Source: an uncultured Clostridia bacterium (GTDB lineage Bacteria; Bacillota; Clostridia; Christensenellales; CAG-138). From it: DNA of 64,000 nt. The position numbers were made by a program, and so were the translations under genes. Under the pieces are notes generated by a model. The model was not told where the DNA came from, ran no database searches, and worked only from the letters and a program-made list of their open reading frames with translations. This document shows, in pieces, positions 56,493 to 64,000 of the stretch (the stretch's first letter is position 1; each line of letters starts with the position of its first letter). Location of the stretch: contig CALGGM010000088.1 in the NCBI GenBank assembly GCA_937915925.1, forward strand, positions 2,729-66,728, given 5' to 3'.

Positions 56493-58034
56493 ATGAAAAA
56501 AGCAAACCATATCATTCTGCTGTCGCTCCTGCTTGCCGCTCTGCTGCTTGCCGCCTGCGCGCCGAAGGAGGCGTCGAATGCGGCGGTCGCAGAGGACGGG
56601 GAAGCGTTTGTATTCCCCGAGGGCGAAACGGACTTTGCGTCGCTTCGCACACCGGGTTCGCAGGAAGCCGCCTATACCTATCAAAGTTTCTTTCTTCCCG
56701 CACAGGACAACGGCGTGCAGCCGTATGTAGGCGATACCATGCCCTACTATGAGGACGGCACCTACTACATTTACTACCTCAAAGAGAGCGGCGATTCCTA
56801 CAACCATTCGATCTATCTCGCGACGACGCAGGACTTTGTCACCTATACCGAAACGGACGCGGTCGTGCTCGAAGCGTCGCGCAGCGGCGGGCAGGACGGC
56901 TGGATCGGCACCGGCTCGGTCGTCAAGGTCAAGGACGTCTATTACTTCTTCTACACCGGTCACGCGGGATCGGACGCCTACGAATACAAGGAGAAGATCC
57001 TTGTCGCAAAGGGAAGTTCTCTCGATAGCTTTGAAAAGGTCACCGACTGGGAGATCGTTCCGCCGTCCGAGCTCGGTCAAAAAAACGACTTCCGCGATCC
57101 GCAGGGCTATTACGACGAAGCGACGGACACGATTACGCTGACGGTCACCGCGTCGCAGAGCAACAAGGCGCGCGTTCTGAAATACTCGCTTTCCGGCGAT
57201 CTTCAGAATGTCACCTATGACGGCATCATCTTCACCGATGAGGTAGGCGGTTACTGGAACCTCGAATGCTCCGACACGTTCCAAATCGGCAACACCTATT
57301 ATTTGACCTATTCCGCACAGGATGATACACTGTGGTACGCGATGTCCGATTCACCCTATGGTCCGTACTCCGATCCGATCCGTCTCGATGGTGAGCTGTT
57401 CTATGCGGCAAAGCATACCGAGAACGGTTCCGACACCTACATGGTCGGCTGGGCAAGACGGTCCGAATCCGTTTCTTCCACGCAGGAGGTCACGGGCTGG
57501 GCGGGCAACCTTGCGGTGCAGAAGATTATGCAGAATCCGGACGGCACGCTGACGCTTGCGCCGGTCGACGCGCTGGTCGATCAGTTCACACAGCGCAGGC
57601 AGCTGTTAATCGACGGCATGACGGCGGAGCTTTCCTCCGGTTCGGCATACAGCTATCTCGATCTGTGCACGGCATACGAAAGCTTCCTTCTGACCGGCAC
57701 GATCCGCTTTGAGAAAAACGGCACGTTCGGTCTCGCGTTCGACTACAACGGCAGAACGGACAAGTATAAGACGATCACGCTCGACCCGTCCGGCGATACG
57801 CTTGCGCTGCAGTTCAACGAAGGCAGCACGCTGATCACCGAAACGCCCGCAGAGATCGAACCGGGTAAGGACTACACGTTTACCTATGTGCAGGAAGGCT
57901 CGGTCGGTATCTTTACGCTCGACGGGATCGCGTCGCTCACCGTCCGTCTGTACGGCGTTTCCGGCAAGCCGGTCCGTTTGTTCACGGAGAACAACACCGT
58001 CACGGTTTCCGATCTGAAACAATACACCCGCTGA
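56493..58034 (+). CDS. Extracellular GH32/clan GH-J-like fructan hydrolase lipoprotein (divergent)
   Basis: Lipobox LLAAC, an RDP motif (DFRDPQG) and an EC motif (NLECSD). The nucleophile block reads VGDTMPYYEDGTYYIYY instead of WMNDPNG. Confidence 0.75.
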   Translation: MKKANHIILLSLLLAALLLAACAPKEASNAAVAEDGEAFVFPEGETDFASLRTPGSQEAAYTYQSFFLPAQDNGVQPYVGDTMPYYEDGTYYIYYLKESGDSYNHSIYLATTQDFVTYTETDAVVLEASRSGGQDGWIGTGSVVKVKDVYYFFYTGHAGSDAYEYKEKILVAKGSSLDSFEKVTDWEIVPPSELGQKNDFRDPQGYYDEATDTITLTVTASQSNKARVLKYSLSGDLQNVTYDGIIFTDEVGGYWNLECSDTFQIGNTYYLTYSAQDDTLWYAMSDSPYGPYSDPIRLDGELFYAAKHTENGSDTYMVGWARRSESVSSTQEVTGWAGNLAVQKIMQNPDGTLTLAPVDALVDQFTQRRQLLIDGMTAELSSGSAYSYLDLCTAYESFLLTGTIRFEKNGTFGLAFDYNGRTDKYKTITLDPSGDTLALQFNEGSTLITETPAEIEPGKDYTFTYVQEGSVGIFTLDGIASLTVRLYGVSGKPVRLFTENNTVTVSDLKQYTR

Positions 58035-58046
58035 AAAGGAGAACCT

Positions 58047-58691
58047 ATGCGGAAGCTGCTCGATATCAACAATCCGGTCATGCGCGCTCTGGTTGCGGTC
58101 TTCGATATGATCGTGCTGAGTGTGCTGTGGGTCGTATTCTCCCTGCCGGTCTTTACGATGGGCGCGGCGTCCGCTGCACTCTATCACGCGGTCTATCATC
58201 ATGTCCGCAAGGGAGAGGATTACCTCTTCAGCAGCTTCTGGACGGCGTTTCGGGAGAACTTCAAGCGGCAGACGCTTTGTTGGCTTGTACCGCTTGCGCT
58301 GCTCGTGCTTTTGGTTGTGGACGCGCTCGTGCTTCGCGGCAGGTATCTCGACGGAAAGCCGTTCGGCTGGCTCTATTATGCGGTGCTTGTCATCGCCGCA
58401 TTTGTGCTGGTATGGACGGTGTATCTTGCGGCGTACGGCGCACGGTTCAACGGAACGGTCAAAGAAGTGCTCAAATACAGTCTGATCCTGTTCCGTGCGC
58501 ATCCGCTGCTGATGCTCGGCGTCATGGTCATGGTGCTCGGCGGCATTGCACTTGCGCTGACGCTGCCTGCGTTTGTGATCCTGATTCCGGCGGGCGTGTA
58601 TCTCGGCGCGTCGTTTCCCATCGAAGCGGCGTTCAAAAAGCATATGCGTCCGGAAGATTTGGAACGCATCCAAGGGGAGAATGAGAAATGA
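58047..58691 (+). CDS. YesL-family (DUF624) membrane protein
   Basis: ..VFDMIVLSVLWVVFSLPVFTMGAASAALYH.. is typical of YesL proteins found in sugar ABC loci. Confidence 0.85.
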   Translation: MRKLLDINNPVMRALVAVFDMIVLSVLWVVFSLPVFTMGAASAALYHAVYHHVRKGEDYLFSSFWTAFRENFKRQTLCWLVPLALLVLLVVDALVLRGRYLDGKPFGWLYYAVLVIAAFVLVWTVYLAAYGARFNGTVKEVLKYSLILFRAHPLLMLGVMVMVLGGIALALTLPAFVILIPAGVYLGASFPIEAAFKKHMRPEDLERIQGENEK

Positions 58692-60178
58692 AACAAAAAC
58701 TGCTGTTTGCAAGAGCGTACGAAAAGGAAGCGGCGAAGCTGATTCCCGATGAAGCGCGTCCGCTGTTTCATCTGACGCCCTATACCGGATGGATGAACGA
58801 TCCGAACGGGTTTTCGTTCTATCAGGGCAAATTCCATCTGTTCTATCAGTACAATCCGTATGACACCGTTTGGGACGCCATGCATTGGGGACATGCGCAA
58901 AGTTCCGATCTGCTGCATTGGGAGTATCTTCCTGCTGCGCTTGCGCCGGATAAGCCGTATGACGATTTCGGCTGCTTCTCCGGCAGCGCAATCGAGCTCG
59001 ACGACGGAAGACAGCTTCTGCTCTATACCGGCGTCCGCAGAGAAGGCGGCGAAGGCGAAAACTTAGACGTGCAGACGCAGTGTGTTGCAATCGGAGACGG
59101 TTTGAATTACCGCAAGATCGCACAGAATCCGGTGCTGGACGAAACCGATCTGCCAAAGGGATGTGAACGCGCAAACTTCCGTGATCCGAAAATCTGGCGC
59201 GAGAAGGACGGAAGCTTCCGCTGTGTCGTCGGCACCTGCGAAGAAAACGGCCTCGGCAAGCTGCTTCTGTTTCGCAGCCCGGACGGGATCAAGTGGAGCT
59301 TTGAAAGCATCCTGATCGAAAACGACGGGAGGCTCGGACTGATGTGGGAATGTCCCGATCTCTTTGAACTGGACGGCAAAGCCGTGCTGCTTGTAAGCCC
59401 GCAGGATATGCTGCCGAAGTGCTTCGAATATCATAACGGCAATGGCAACGTCTGCCTGATCGGCACGTTCGATGAAGCGACCAAGACGTTTCTTCCGGAA
59501 AGCGATCACGCGGTCGATTACGGCATCGACTTCTATGCGCCGACGACGCTGCTTGCGTCGGACGGACGCCGCATCATGATCGGCTGGATGCAGAACTGGG
59601 ACACGACGAAACTGACCGGCAGAAAAGACCGTCGGTGGTTTGGACAGATGACGCTTCCGCGTGAGCTCAGCATCCGAAACGGACGGCTGTATCAGCAGCC
59701 GATCCGTGAGCTGGAACAGCTTCGCGGCAACTGCGTCCGCTTTGAAAACGTGCAGATCGAGGGCGAACAGCATCTTGATGGCGTTACGGGAAGGACGGTC
59801 GATCTCGAACTGACGGTCCGCCCCGATCATTCGACAGTGATGTATCACAGCTTTGCGATCCGTTTCATGCAGAACGAGCAGTTCCATACTGAGCTCAGCT
59901 ACCGGCCGTATGAATCGCTGCTGCGCATCGACCGCAAGTTTTCGGGCTCGCGCCGCGCGTATATCCATCAGCGCCGCTGCTATGTCCCACCGCGTAACGG
60001 CGAGATCAAGCTCCGGCTGATCCTCGATCGATTCAGCGTGGAAGTGTTCATCAACGACGGGGAGCAGGTCATGACGGCAACGGTGCTGACCGAGCTTTCC
60101 GCAAGCGATATTTCTTTTGTCGCGGACGGTCGCGTCTTTATGGACGTCACAAAATACGATTTATTGTCGAGGGAATGA
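58688..60178 (+). CDS. GH32 beta-fructofuranosidase / sucrose-6-phosphate hydrolase (cytoplasmic)
   Basis: WMNDPNG, FRDPKIW and WECPDLF catalytic motifs, with no signal peptide. Confidence 0.95.
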   Translation: MKQKLLFARAYEKEAAKLIPDEARPLFHLTPYTGWMNDPNGFSFYQGKFHLFYQYNPYDTVWDAMHWGHAQSSDLLHWEYLPAALAPDKPYDDFGCFSGSAIELDDGRQLLLYTGVRREGGEGENLDVQTQCVAIGDGLNYRKIAQNPVLDETDLPKGCERANFRDPKIWREKDGSFRCVVGTCEENGLGKLLLFRSPDGIKWSFESILIENDGRLGLMWECPDLFELDGKAVLLVSPQDMLPKCFEYHNGNGNVCLIGTFDEATKTFLPESDHAVDYGIDFYAPTTLLASDGRRIMIGWMQNWDTTKLTGRKDRRWFGQMTLPRELSIRNGRLYQQPIRELEQLRGNCVRFENVQIEGEQHLDGVTGRTVDLELTVRPDHSTVMYHSFAIRFMQNEQFHTELSYRPYESLLRIDRKFSGSRRAYIHQRRCYVPPRNGEIKLRLILDRFSVEVFINDGEQVMTATVLTELSASDISFVADGRVFMDVTKYDLLSRE

Positions 60179-60181
60179 CCG

Positions 60182-61141
60182 ATGAAACCGTTTGACGTCA
60201 TCGCTTTGGGCGAGCTTCTTATCGATTTTACAGAAAACGGCACGAGCGAGCAGGGGAACCCCTTATGGGAGGCCAACCCCGGCGGCGCGCCGTGCAATGT
60301 GCTTGCTATGCTGAATAAGCTCAATCATAAGACCGCCTTTATCGGCAAGGTCGGAAACGACGTTTACGGCCGTCAGCTGATCGATACCGTGAAGAATGCG
60401 GGCATCGATACAAGCGCACTGCTCATTGACCCCGAGGTGCATACGACGCTTGCCGTCGTGCATACGTTCCCGAATGGAGATCGCGACTTTTCGTTCTACC
60501 GCAATCCCGGCGCGGATATGATGCTTTCCGTTTGCGATCTGCCGATGCCGCTTTTGCAGGATTGTAAGATCTTCCATTTCGGCACGCTGTCCATGACGCA
60601 CGAGGGCGTGCGCGAAGCGACGGTGCAGGCGGTACAGTACGCCAAGGCCTGCGGCGCGATTGTTTCCTTCGACCCGAATCTCCGTCCGCCGCTGTGGAGC
60701 TCCCTAAACGACGCCAAAACGCAGATCGCATGGGGCTTACGCAACAGCGATATCGTGAAGATTGCGGACAACGAACTGGAATTTCTGACCGGCGAAACCG
60801 ATTTCGATAAAGGCGCCGCCATTTTAAAAGAATGGTTCCCGAACATCCGGCTGTTGAACGTCACCGCCGGCGCGGACGGCAGCTATTCCTATTGCAACGG
60901 TCTGCGTGTGTTTGTCCCCGCGTTCCGCTTGGGCGGCACGATCGAAACGACCGGCGCAGGCGACACCTTCTGCGCGTGCGTGCTGCACGACGTGCTTACA
61001 AACGGTCTTGATAGCCGCACGGAAGCATCCTTAACGAACATGCTCCGCTTTGCCAATGCGGCGGCATACCTCGTCACCACGAAAAAAGGCGCGATTCGCT
61101 CCATGCCCGCGCCATCCGATATCGCAAGGGTTCTTTCATGA
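60182..61141 (+). CDS. PfkB-family carbohydrate kinase (fructokinase-like)
   Basis: GGAPCNV and GAGDTFCAC motifs. Confidence 0.92.
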   Translation: MKPFDVIALGELLIDFTENGTSEQGNPLWEANPGGAPCNVLAMLNKLNHKTAFIGKVGNDVYGRQLIDTVKNAGIDTSALLIDPEVHTTLAVVHTFPNGDRDFSFYRNPGADMMLSVCDLPMPLLQDCKIFHFGTLSMTHEGVREATVQAVQYAKACGAIVSFDPNLRPPLWSSLNDAKTQIAWGLRNSDIVKIADNELEFLTGETDFDKGAAILKEWFPNIRLLNVTAGADGSYSYCNGLRVFVPAFRLGGTIETTGAGDTFCACVLHDVLTNGLDSRTEASLTNMLRFANAAAYLVTTKKGAIRSMPAPSDIARVLS

Positions 61142-61154
61142 TTACCCACCTCCT

Positions 61155-61194
61155 GACAAACGCCCCGCCAGCGACGAACGGCGGGGCGTTTGTC
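61155..61194 (+). terminator. 15-bp perfect hairpin GACAAACGCCCCGCC/GGCGGGGCGTTTGTC after the kinase gene
   Basis: Read directly from the sequence. It has no clear U-tract. Confidence 0.6.
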
Positions 61195-61243
61195 ATACAA
61201 GTCCAAATATACGGACTCGCATTCTAAGTGGAAAATAAAGTTC

Positions 61244-61273
61244 TTGCTTTTCCGGCAAGGTGTACTGTATAAT
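61244..61273 (+). promoter_or_regulatory. Candidate promoter TTGCTT-18-TATAAT (TG immediately upstream of the -10)
   Basis: Points into a ~700-bp noncoding stretch. Confidence 0.35.
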
Positions 61274-61461
61274 TTGATTGTCGAAAGCGGAGATCGCCGA
61301 GACTATTTGAAAACCGAATAACGCGAAACGATTTCTAATCGTGCAAGCGGAGCAGGACCCGTGAGGGCTGAAAATCTTCCAAGCGCCGTACGAAACCGAG
61401 TTAGGACAATTCGTTGTCTTAGTTCGATTTTGTGCGGTGCTTTTTTCTTTCCGGAAGAATC

Positions 61462-61483
61462 CCGCGGGACACGGTGTCCCGCG
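61462..61483. promoter_or_regulatory. 21-nt palindrome CGCGGGACAC-G-GTGTCCCGCG (candidate parS-like site, intergenic copy)
   Basis: 61462-61482 is identical to 62533-62553. It is embedded in a larger imperfect palindrome TTTTTCTTTC...GAAAGAAAAA. Confidence 0.5.
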
Positions 61484-61950
61484 AAAGAAAAATTTTACTC
61501 ACCAATTACGAGAAAAATTCCCCCATTAAACGTAGAGGGAGATTTTCCGAAGCACCTTGAAAACCGAATATCGAAAGCACGCAAATGAAAGATTTATGAA
61601 CAGTTCCATCAGAACTGCAAAAAAACGGCTGCAATTTTTCATTGGGCATGAGAGGGAGAGATTGTGAAGATACTGCAAACCCTTTCCAATTTGCCTTTGA
61701 AATTTCACCAATGCATAGTGAAAGGGCAAACGGAAAAACGGCGATTCAAAATAAGTTCACAATTTGATTTTTGCAGTTTTTTCCAAAAAGTTCCCAACTA
61801 ATTAGTGGGAGGGAATATGAATGCGACCGGCAAAAGAGAACGCCGGTGCAGATACACCGTTTTCCCTGATCAAGGAAACGAGGCCGTTGCCGCTTCGGGA
61901 CGCTGGGGTGATAAGCACAGATTACACGGACAAAGAAAGAGTTAAGACCA

Positions 61951-62163
61951 ATGAACAAAAACCCTTACACAAATACAAACGAGTTGCCCTACACATTAAG
62001 TGTAGAAGAAATGGCGGCGTTTCTGGGTATCTCCAGAGTCGGCGCTTACAATCTGAGCCACAGCAAGGGATTCCCGTCGAAGCGGATCGGAAAGTGCATC
62101 CTGATTCCACGGGACGAGTTTCTTGCATGGCTGAAGGAACTGCCGGAGGTGAGTAACGGATGA
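61951..62163 (+). CDS. Excisionase/MerR-like HTH DNA-binding protein
   Basis: 70 aa, ..LSVEEMAAFLGISRVGAYNLSHSKGFPSKRIGKCILIPRDEFLAWL.. shows the pattern of Xis-type HTH proteins of Firmicutes integrative elements. Confidence 0.8.
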   Translation: MNKNPYTNTNELPYTLSVEEMAAFLGISRVGAYNLSHSKGFPSKRIGKCILIPRDEFLAWLKELPEVSNG

Positions 62164-63092
62164 GTACGAAACAAATCAAAGAAACCGTCGCCCCGATCCG
62201 CATCGATCAGATCCAGCCCTTTGCGGATCATCCGTTCAAGGTGGAACAGGACGTGGCTATGGCAGAGCTCAAAGAAAGCGTCGCATTGAACGGCGTTTTA
62301 GAACCGGTGCTGCTCCGACCGAAAGGCGACGGATATGAAATGCTTTCCGGTCACCGCAGAATGGCGGTCTGTAAGGAGCTCGGTATTGAAACGATCCCTG
62401 CAATCGTCCGCGATCTCGACGACGCGGAAGCAACGTTGGCAATGGTGGACGCCAACCGTCAGCGGGAGCATTTGTATCCGAGCGAGAAGGCGTTTGCGTA
62501 TAAAATGCGAGACGACGCCTTGAAGCGTATTGCCGCGGGACACGGTGTCCCGCCGAACGGACGCACTACAGAGCAGATCGGCAAAGAGAACCACATGAGT
62601 GATCGAAACGTAAGGCATTATATCCGTCTGACACGGTTACTGCCGGAGCTTTTGAAACTGGTGGACAGCAATAAGCTCGGAGCGAGTATTGCGGAAACGC
62701 TCTCATTCCTCTCCAAGCCGGAACAGGAGACGGTGCTCTCATTCATGCAGTCGGAACTGCGTGCACCGAGTAAGGAGCAGGCGCAGCGGTTGAAGCAGCT
62801 GCACGAGGACGGCGAGTTCACGGAAGACGCGGCAAGGGCGATTTTCCAAAGCGGGAAAAACAAGGCATCCGAGAAGATCACGATCCCGATGGAAATGCTC
62901 GAACGGTTCTTTACATCGGATGAGACGCCCGCGCAGATGACGGAAGCGATCATTGCGGCTTTGGAGCAAAGGGACAAGCTGAAAGCGTTGTTTCCGAATC
63001 ACGTTTCACAGAAACAGATGGATGACGCAATCCAAGAGGGACTGAAACTGTGGAAGCAGAAGCAGGCGCGGCAGAAGCAGCAGGAGCGGTAA
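62160..63092 (+). CDS. ParB/Spo0J-like N-terminal-domain protein
   Basis: ..IRIDQIQPFADHPFKV.....EL..S....GVLEPVLLRP...GYEMLSGHRRMAVCKELG..TIPAIV.. shows the ParB box pattern. ATGA overlap with the HTH gene. Confidence 0.88.
   Translation: MSTKQIKETVAPIRIDQIQPFADHPFKVEQDVAMAELKESVALNGVLEPVLLRPKGDGYEMLSGHRRMAVCKELGIETIPAIVRDLDDAEATLAMVDANRQREHLYPSEKAFAYKMRDDALKRIAAGHGVPPNGRTTEQIGKENHMSDRNVRHYIRLTRLLPELLKLVDSNKLGASIAETLSFLSKPEQETVLSFMQSELRAPSKEQAQRLKQLHEDGEFTEDAARAIFQSGKNKASEKITIPMEMLERFFTSDETPAQMTEAIIAALEQRDKLKALFPNHVSQKQMDDAIQEGLKLWKQKQARQKQQER
62533..62553. promoter_or_regulatory. Second copy of the 21-nt palindrome, inside the ParB-like CDS
   Basis: CCGCGGGACACGGTGTCCCGC, encoding AAGHGVP. 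Confidence 0.5.
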
Positions 63093-63137
63093 CGGCACGA
63101 ACGGCGGCAGGGCGTTCTTCTTCGGTAGGTTTATGGC

Positions 63138-63328
63138 GCGGGGAGGCAACTCCCCGCACCATCCCGGACATAGAAAATGATAGCACTTTTCGATCTGAAA
63201 AGAGGCTCAAAAATGATAGCATTTTCATTCTTTCACGTCGGAATACGGTAACAAATCATCTCTGTTCCGGGAACGGTAAATCGATCCTGTTAGGGAGTAG
63301 CAAGCATGGGGTTGTGGTAGCACAACCC
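63138..63328 (+). other. Candidate oriT region
   Basis: Hairpin GCGGGGAG-gcaa-CTCCCCGC (63138-63157), direct repeats AAAATGATAGCA (63174 and 63210) and hairpin GGGTTGTG-gtag-CACAACCC (63309-63328), all just upstream of mobC and the relaxase. Confidence 0.45.
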
Positions 63329-63413
63329 GGTCGTAAGGGAGCGCCCTTAAACCCCGACGCGCCGGAAACCGGCGAAACAGCAAATTACTACAATTACAGG
63401 AGGAAAACAAACC

Positions 63414-63767
63414 ATGCTGAAACACAGCATTCAAATCAACTTCCGCGTTAACGCGGAGGAGCAACAATTATTACAGCAAAACGCAAAGAAATGCGGGCTA
63501 TCCATAGCAAAATATCTGCGCTTTCTGATTCGCGGGTATGTCCCAAAGGAGCAGCCGCCGATGGATTATAAGACGCTGATCCGCGAGCTGCACGCAATCT
63601 GGAACAGTATGAATCAGATCGCGGCAAGAGCGAATACGACGGGATTCTTTCTGAAAGAACAATATGCCGATAATGTGCAAAAACTGAACGCGGCGGTTCT
63701 TGAGATTCAGCGGGCGGTCACTTTGTCGGAGAAACTATATGGCGACGACAAAGATATGGGCGGTTAA
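63414..63767 (+). CDS. mobC: MobC-family mobilisation (relaxosome accessory) protein
   Basis: ..INFRVNAEEQQLLQQNAKKCGLSIAKYLRFLIRGYVP......L.REL..IGNN.NQIA shows the MobC pattern. SD AGGAGGA. Confidence 0.85.
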   Translation: MLKHSIQINFRVNAEEQQLLQQNAKKCGLSIAKYLRFLIRGYVPKEQPPMDYKTLIRELHAIWNSMNQIAARANTTGFFLKEQYADNVQKLNAAVLEIQRAVTLSEKLYGDDKDMGG

Positions 63768-63924
63768 AAGCCGTCTCGATCACGTTCTCAGTTATGCGGA
63801 GGATAAGGAAAAGACGGAGAATAAGGAGTGGAGCAAGGTCGATTATCAGTCCATGCGCGACGTTATGGACTACTTTATTAGTAAAAGACGAAGAAGAACA
63901 TTGAGAATGAAGCGAAAAGAATAA
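63739..63924 (+). pseudogene. Relaxase N-terminal fragment (61 codons), truncated
   Basis: MATTKIWAVKSRLDHVLSYAEDKEKTEN... overlaps the mobC 3' end as relaxase genes do. The frame degenerates to a basic tail and stops at 63924, and a convergent tnpV-like end follows. Confidence 0.5.
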
Positions 63925-63970
63925 GCCCGAAGCGTGAGTGCGCTTCGAGCTTTGGTGTTGCGTGCTGCGG

Positions 63971-64000
63971 TTATTCGCCATAGACGATCTCGCAGAGGAC
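63971..64000 (-). CDS. tnpV: 3' end of a second TnpV-like gene (partial; start beyond the window)
   Basis: The minus strand reads ..VLCEIVYGE* (compare ..VIREVVYGE* for the tnpV at 6454). Only 9 codons are visible. Confidence 0.35.
   Translation of the reverse strand, partial: VLCEIVYGE

Noticed and set aside
54578-59174. Long minus-strand ORFs 54578-56650 (690 aa) and 57606-59174 (522 aa)
   Set aside because: They are antisense to well-supported sugar-locus genes. Their Arg/Gly/Asp-rich composition is typical of GC-rich shadow frames.
61361-61958. Small ORFs 61361-61588 (+), 61526-61729 (-) and 61746-61958 (-)
   Set aside because: They have no ribosome-binding sites and implausible composition, and they overlap repeats and palindromes. 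The region is treated as noncoding.

Overview
64-kb window from a Clostridia-like (Firmicutes) chromosome with mosaic composition. All family calls rest on motifs read by eye and recalled from memory; nothing was searched. (1) 1-~7135 is an accessory/mobile region. It holds an AT-rich, edge-truncated ORF missing from the supplied track, with a HEPN RNxxxH motif; a small-TM / SWIM / zinc-ribbon-Ltp operon resembling superinfection exclusion; a phased 21-bp iteron array; a tripartite hipB-hipS-hipT toxin-antitoxin module with three palindromic operators; and tnpV. The region ends where a histidine-kinase gene is cut down to its last ~36 codons. (2) 7.1-24.2 kb holds housekeeping and lipid genes: two DAG-kinase-like lipid kinases, ftsH, a 1408-aa BcrAD-ATPase/2-hydroxyacyl-CoA-dehydratase fusion (PlsA/PlsR-like), an OmpR/HK pair, a radical SAM enzyme, cdsA and an acyltransferase. 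Short gene remnants lie between them (MscS, PgsA, YitT, ABC ATPase). Five transcription units start with the same GTTTC-GTTTCA-GTTTAGA element at a fixed distance from a -10 box. (3) 24.2-33.2 kb has an IS3 scar, a lipoprotein, two ABC exporters (one with an in-frame TAG), a frameshifted trigger-factor-like gene, thioredoxin plus a mini ferredoxin-thioredoxin-reductase-like protein, and a LytTR regulator with a decayed AgrC-like kinase. (4) 33.2-47.1 kb has a MATE pump and a GntR-linked catabolic locus of unknown substrate: two RraA-like proteins, a PIG-L deacetylase, a Dpp/Opp-type ABC importer with two embedded VOC genes, LeuCD-like dehydratase subunits and a D-2-hydroxyacid dehydrogenase. 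(5) 47.1-48.3 kb is an AT-rich islet flanked by a ~100-bp repeat family, with a truncated L,D-transpeptidase and a displaced tRNA 3' end. (6) 48.5-61.1 kb is a LacI-controlled fructan/sucrose utilisation locus: CUT1 ABC transporter, surface Ig/CBM protein, two GH32-type enzymes and a fructokinase. (7) 61.2-64.0 kb is the start of a second mobile element: ~700 bp noncoding, Xis-like HTH, ParB-like gene with a duplicated 21-nt palindrome, oriT-like repeats, mobC, a truncated relaxase and a second tnpV. No rRNA gene, intact tRNA gene or CRISPR array was seen.
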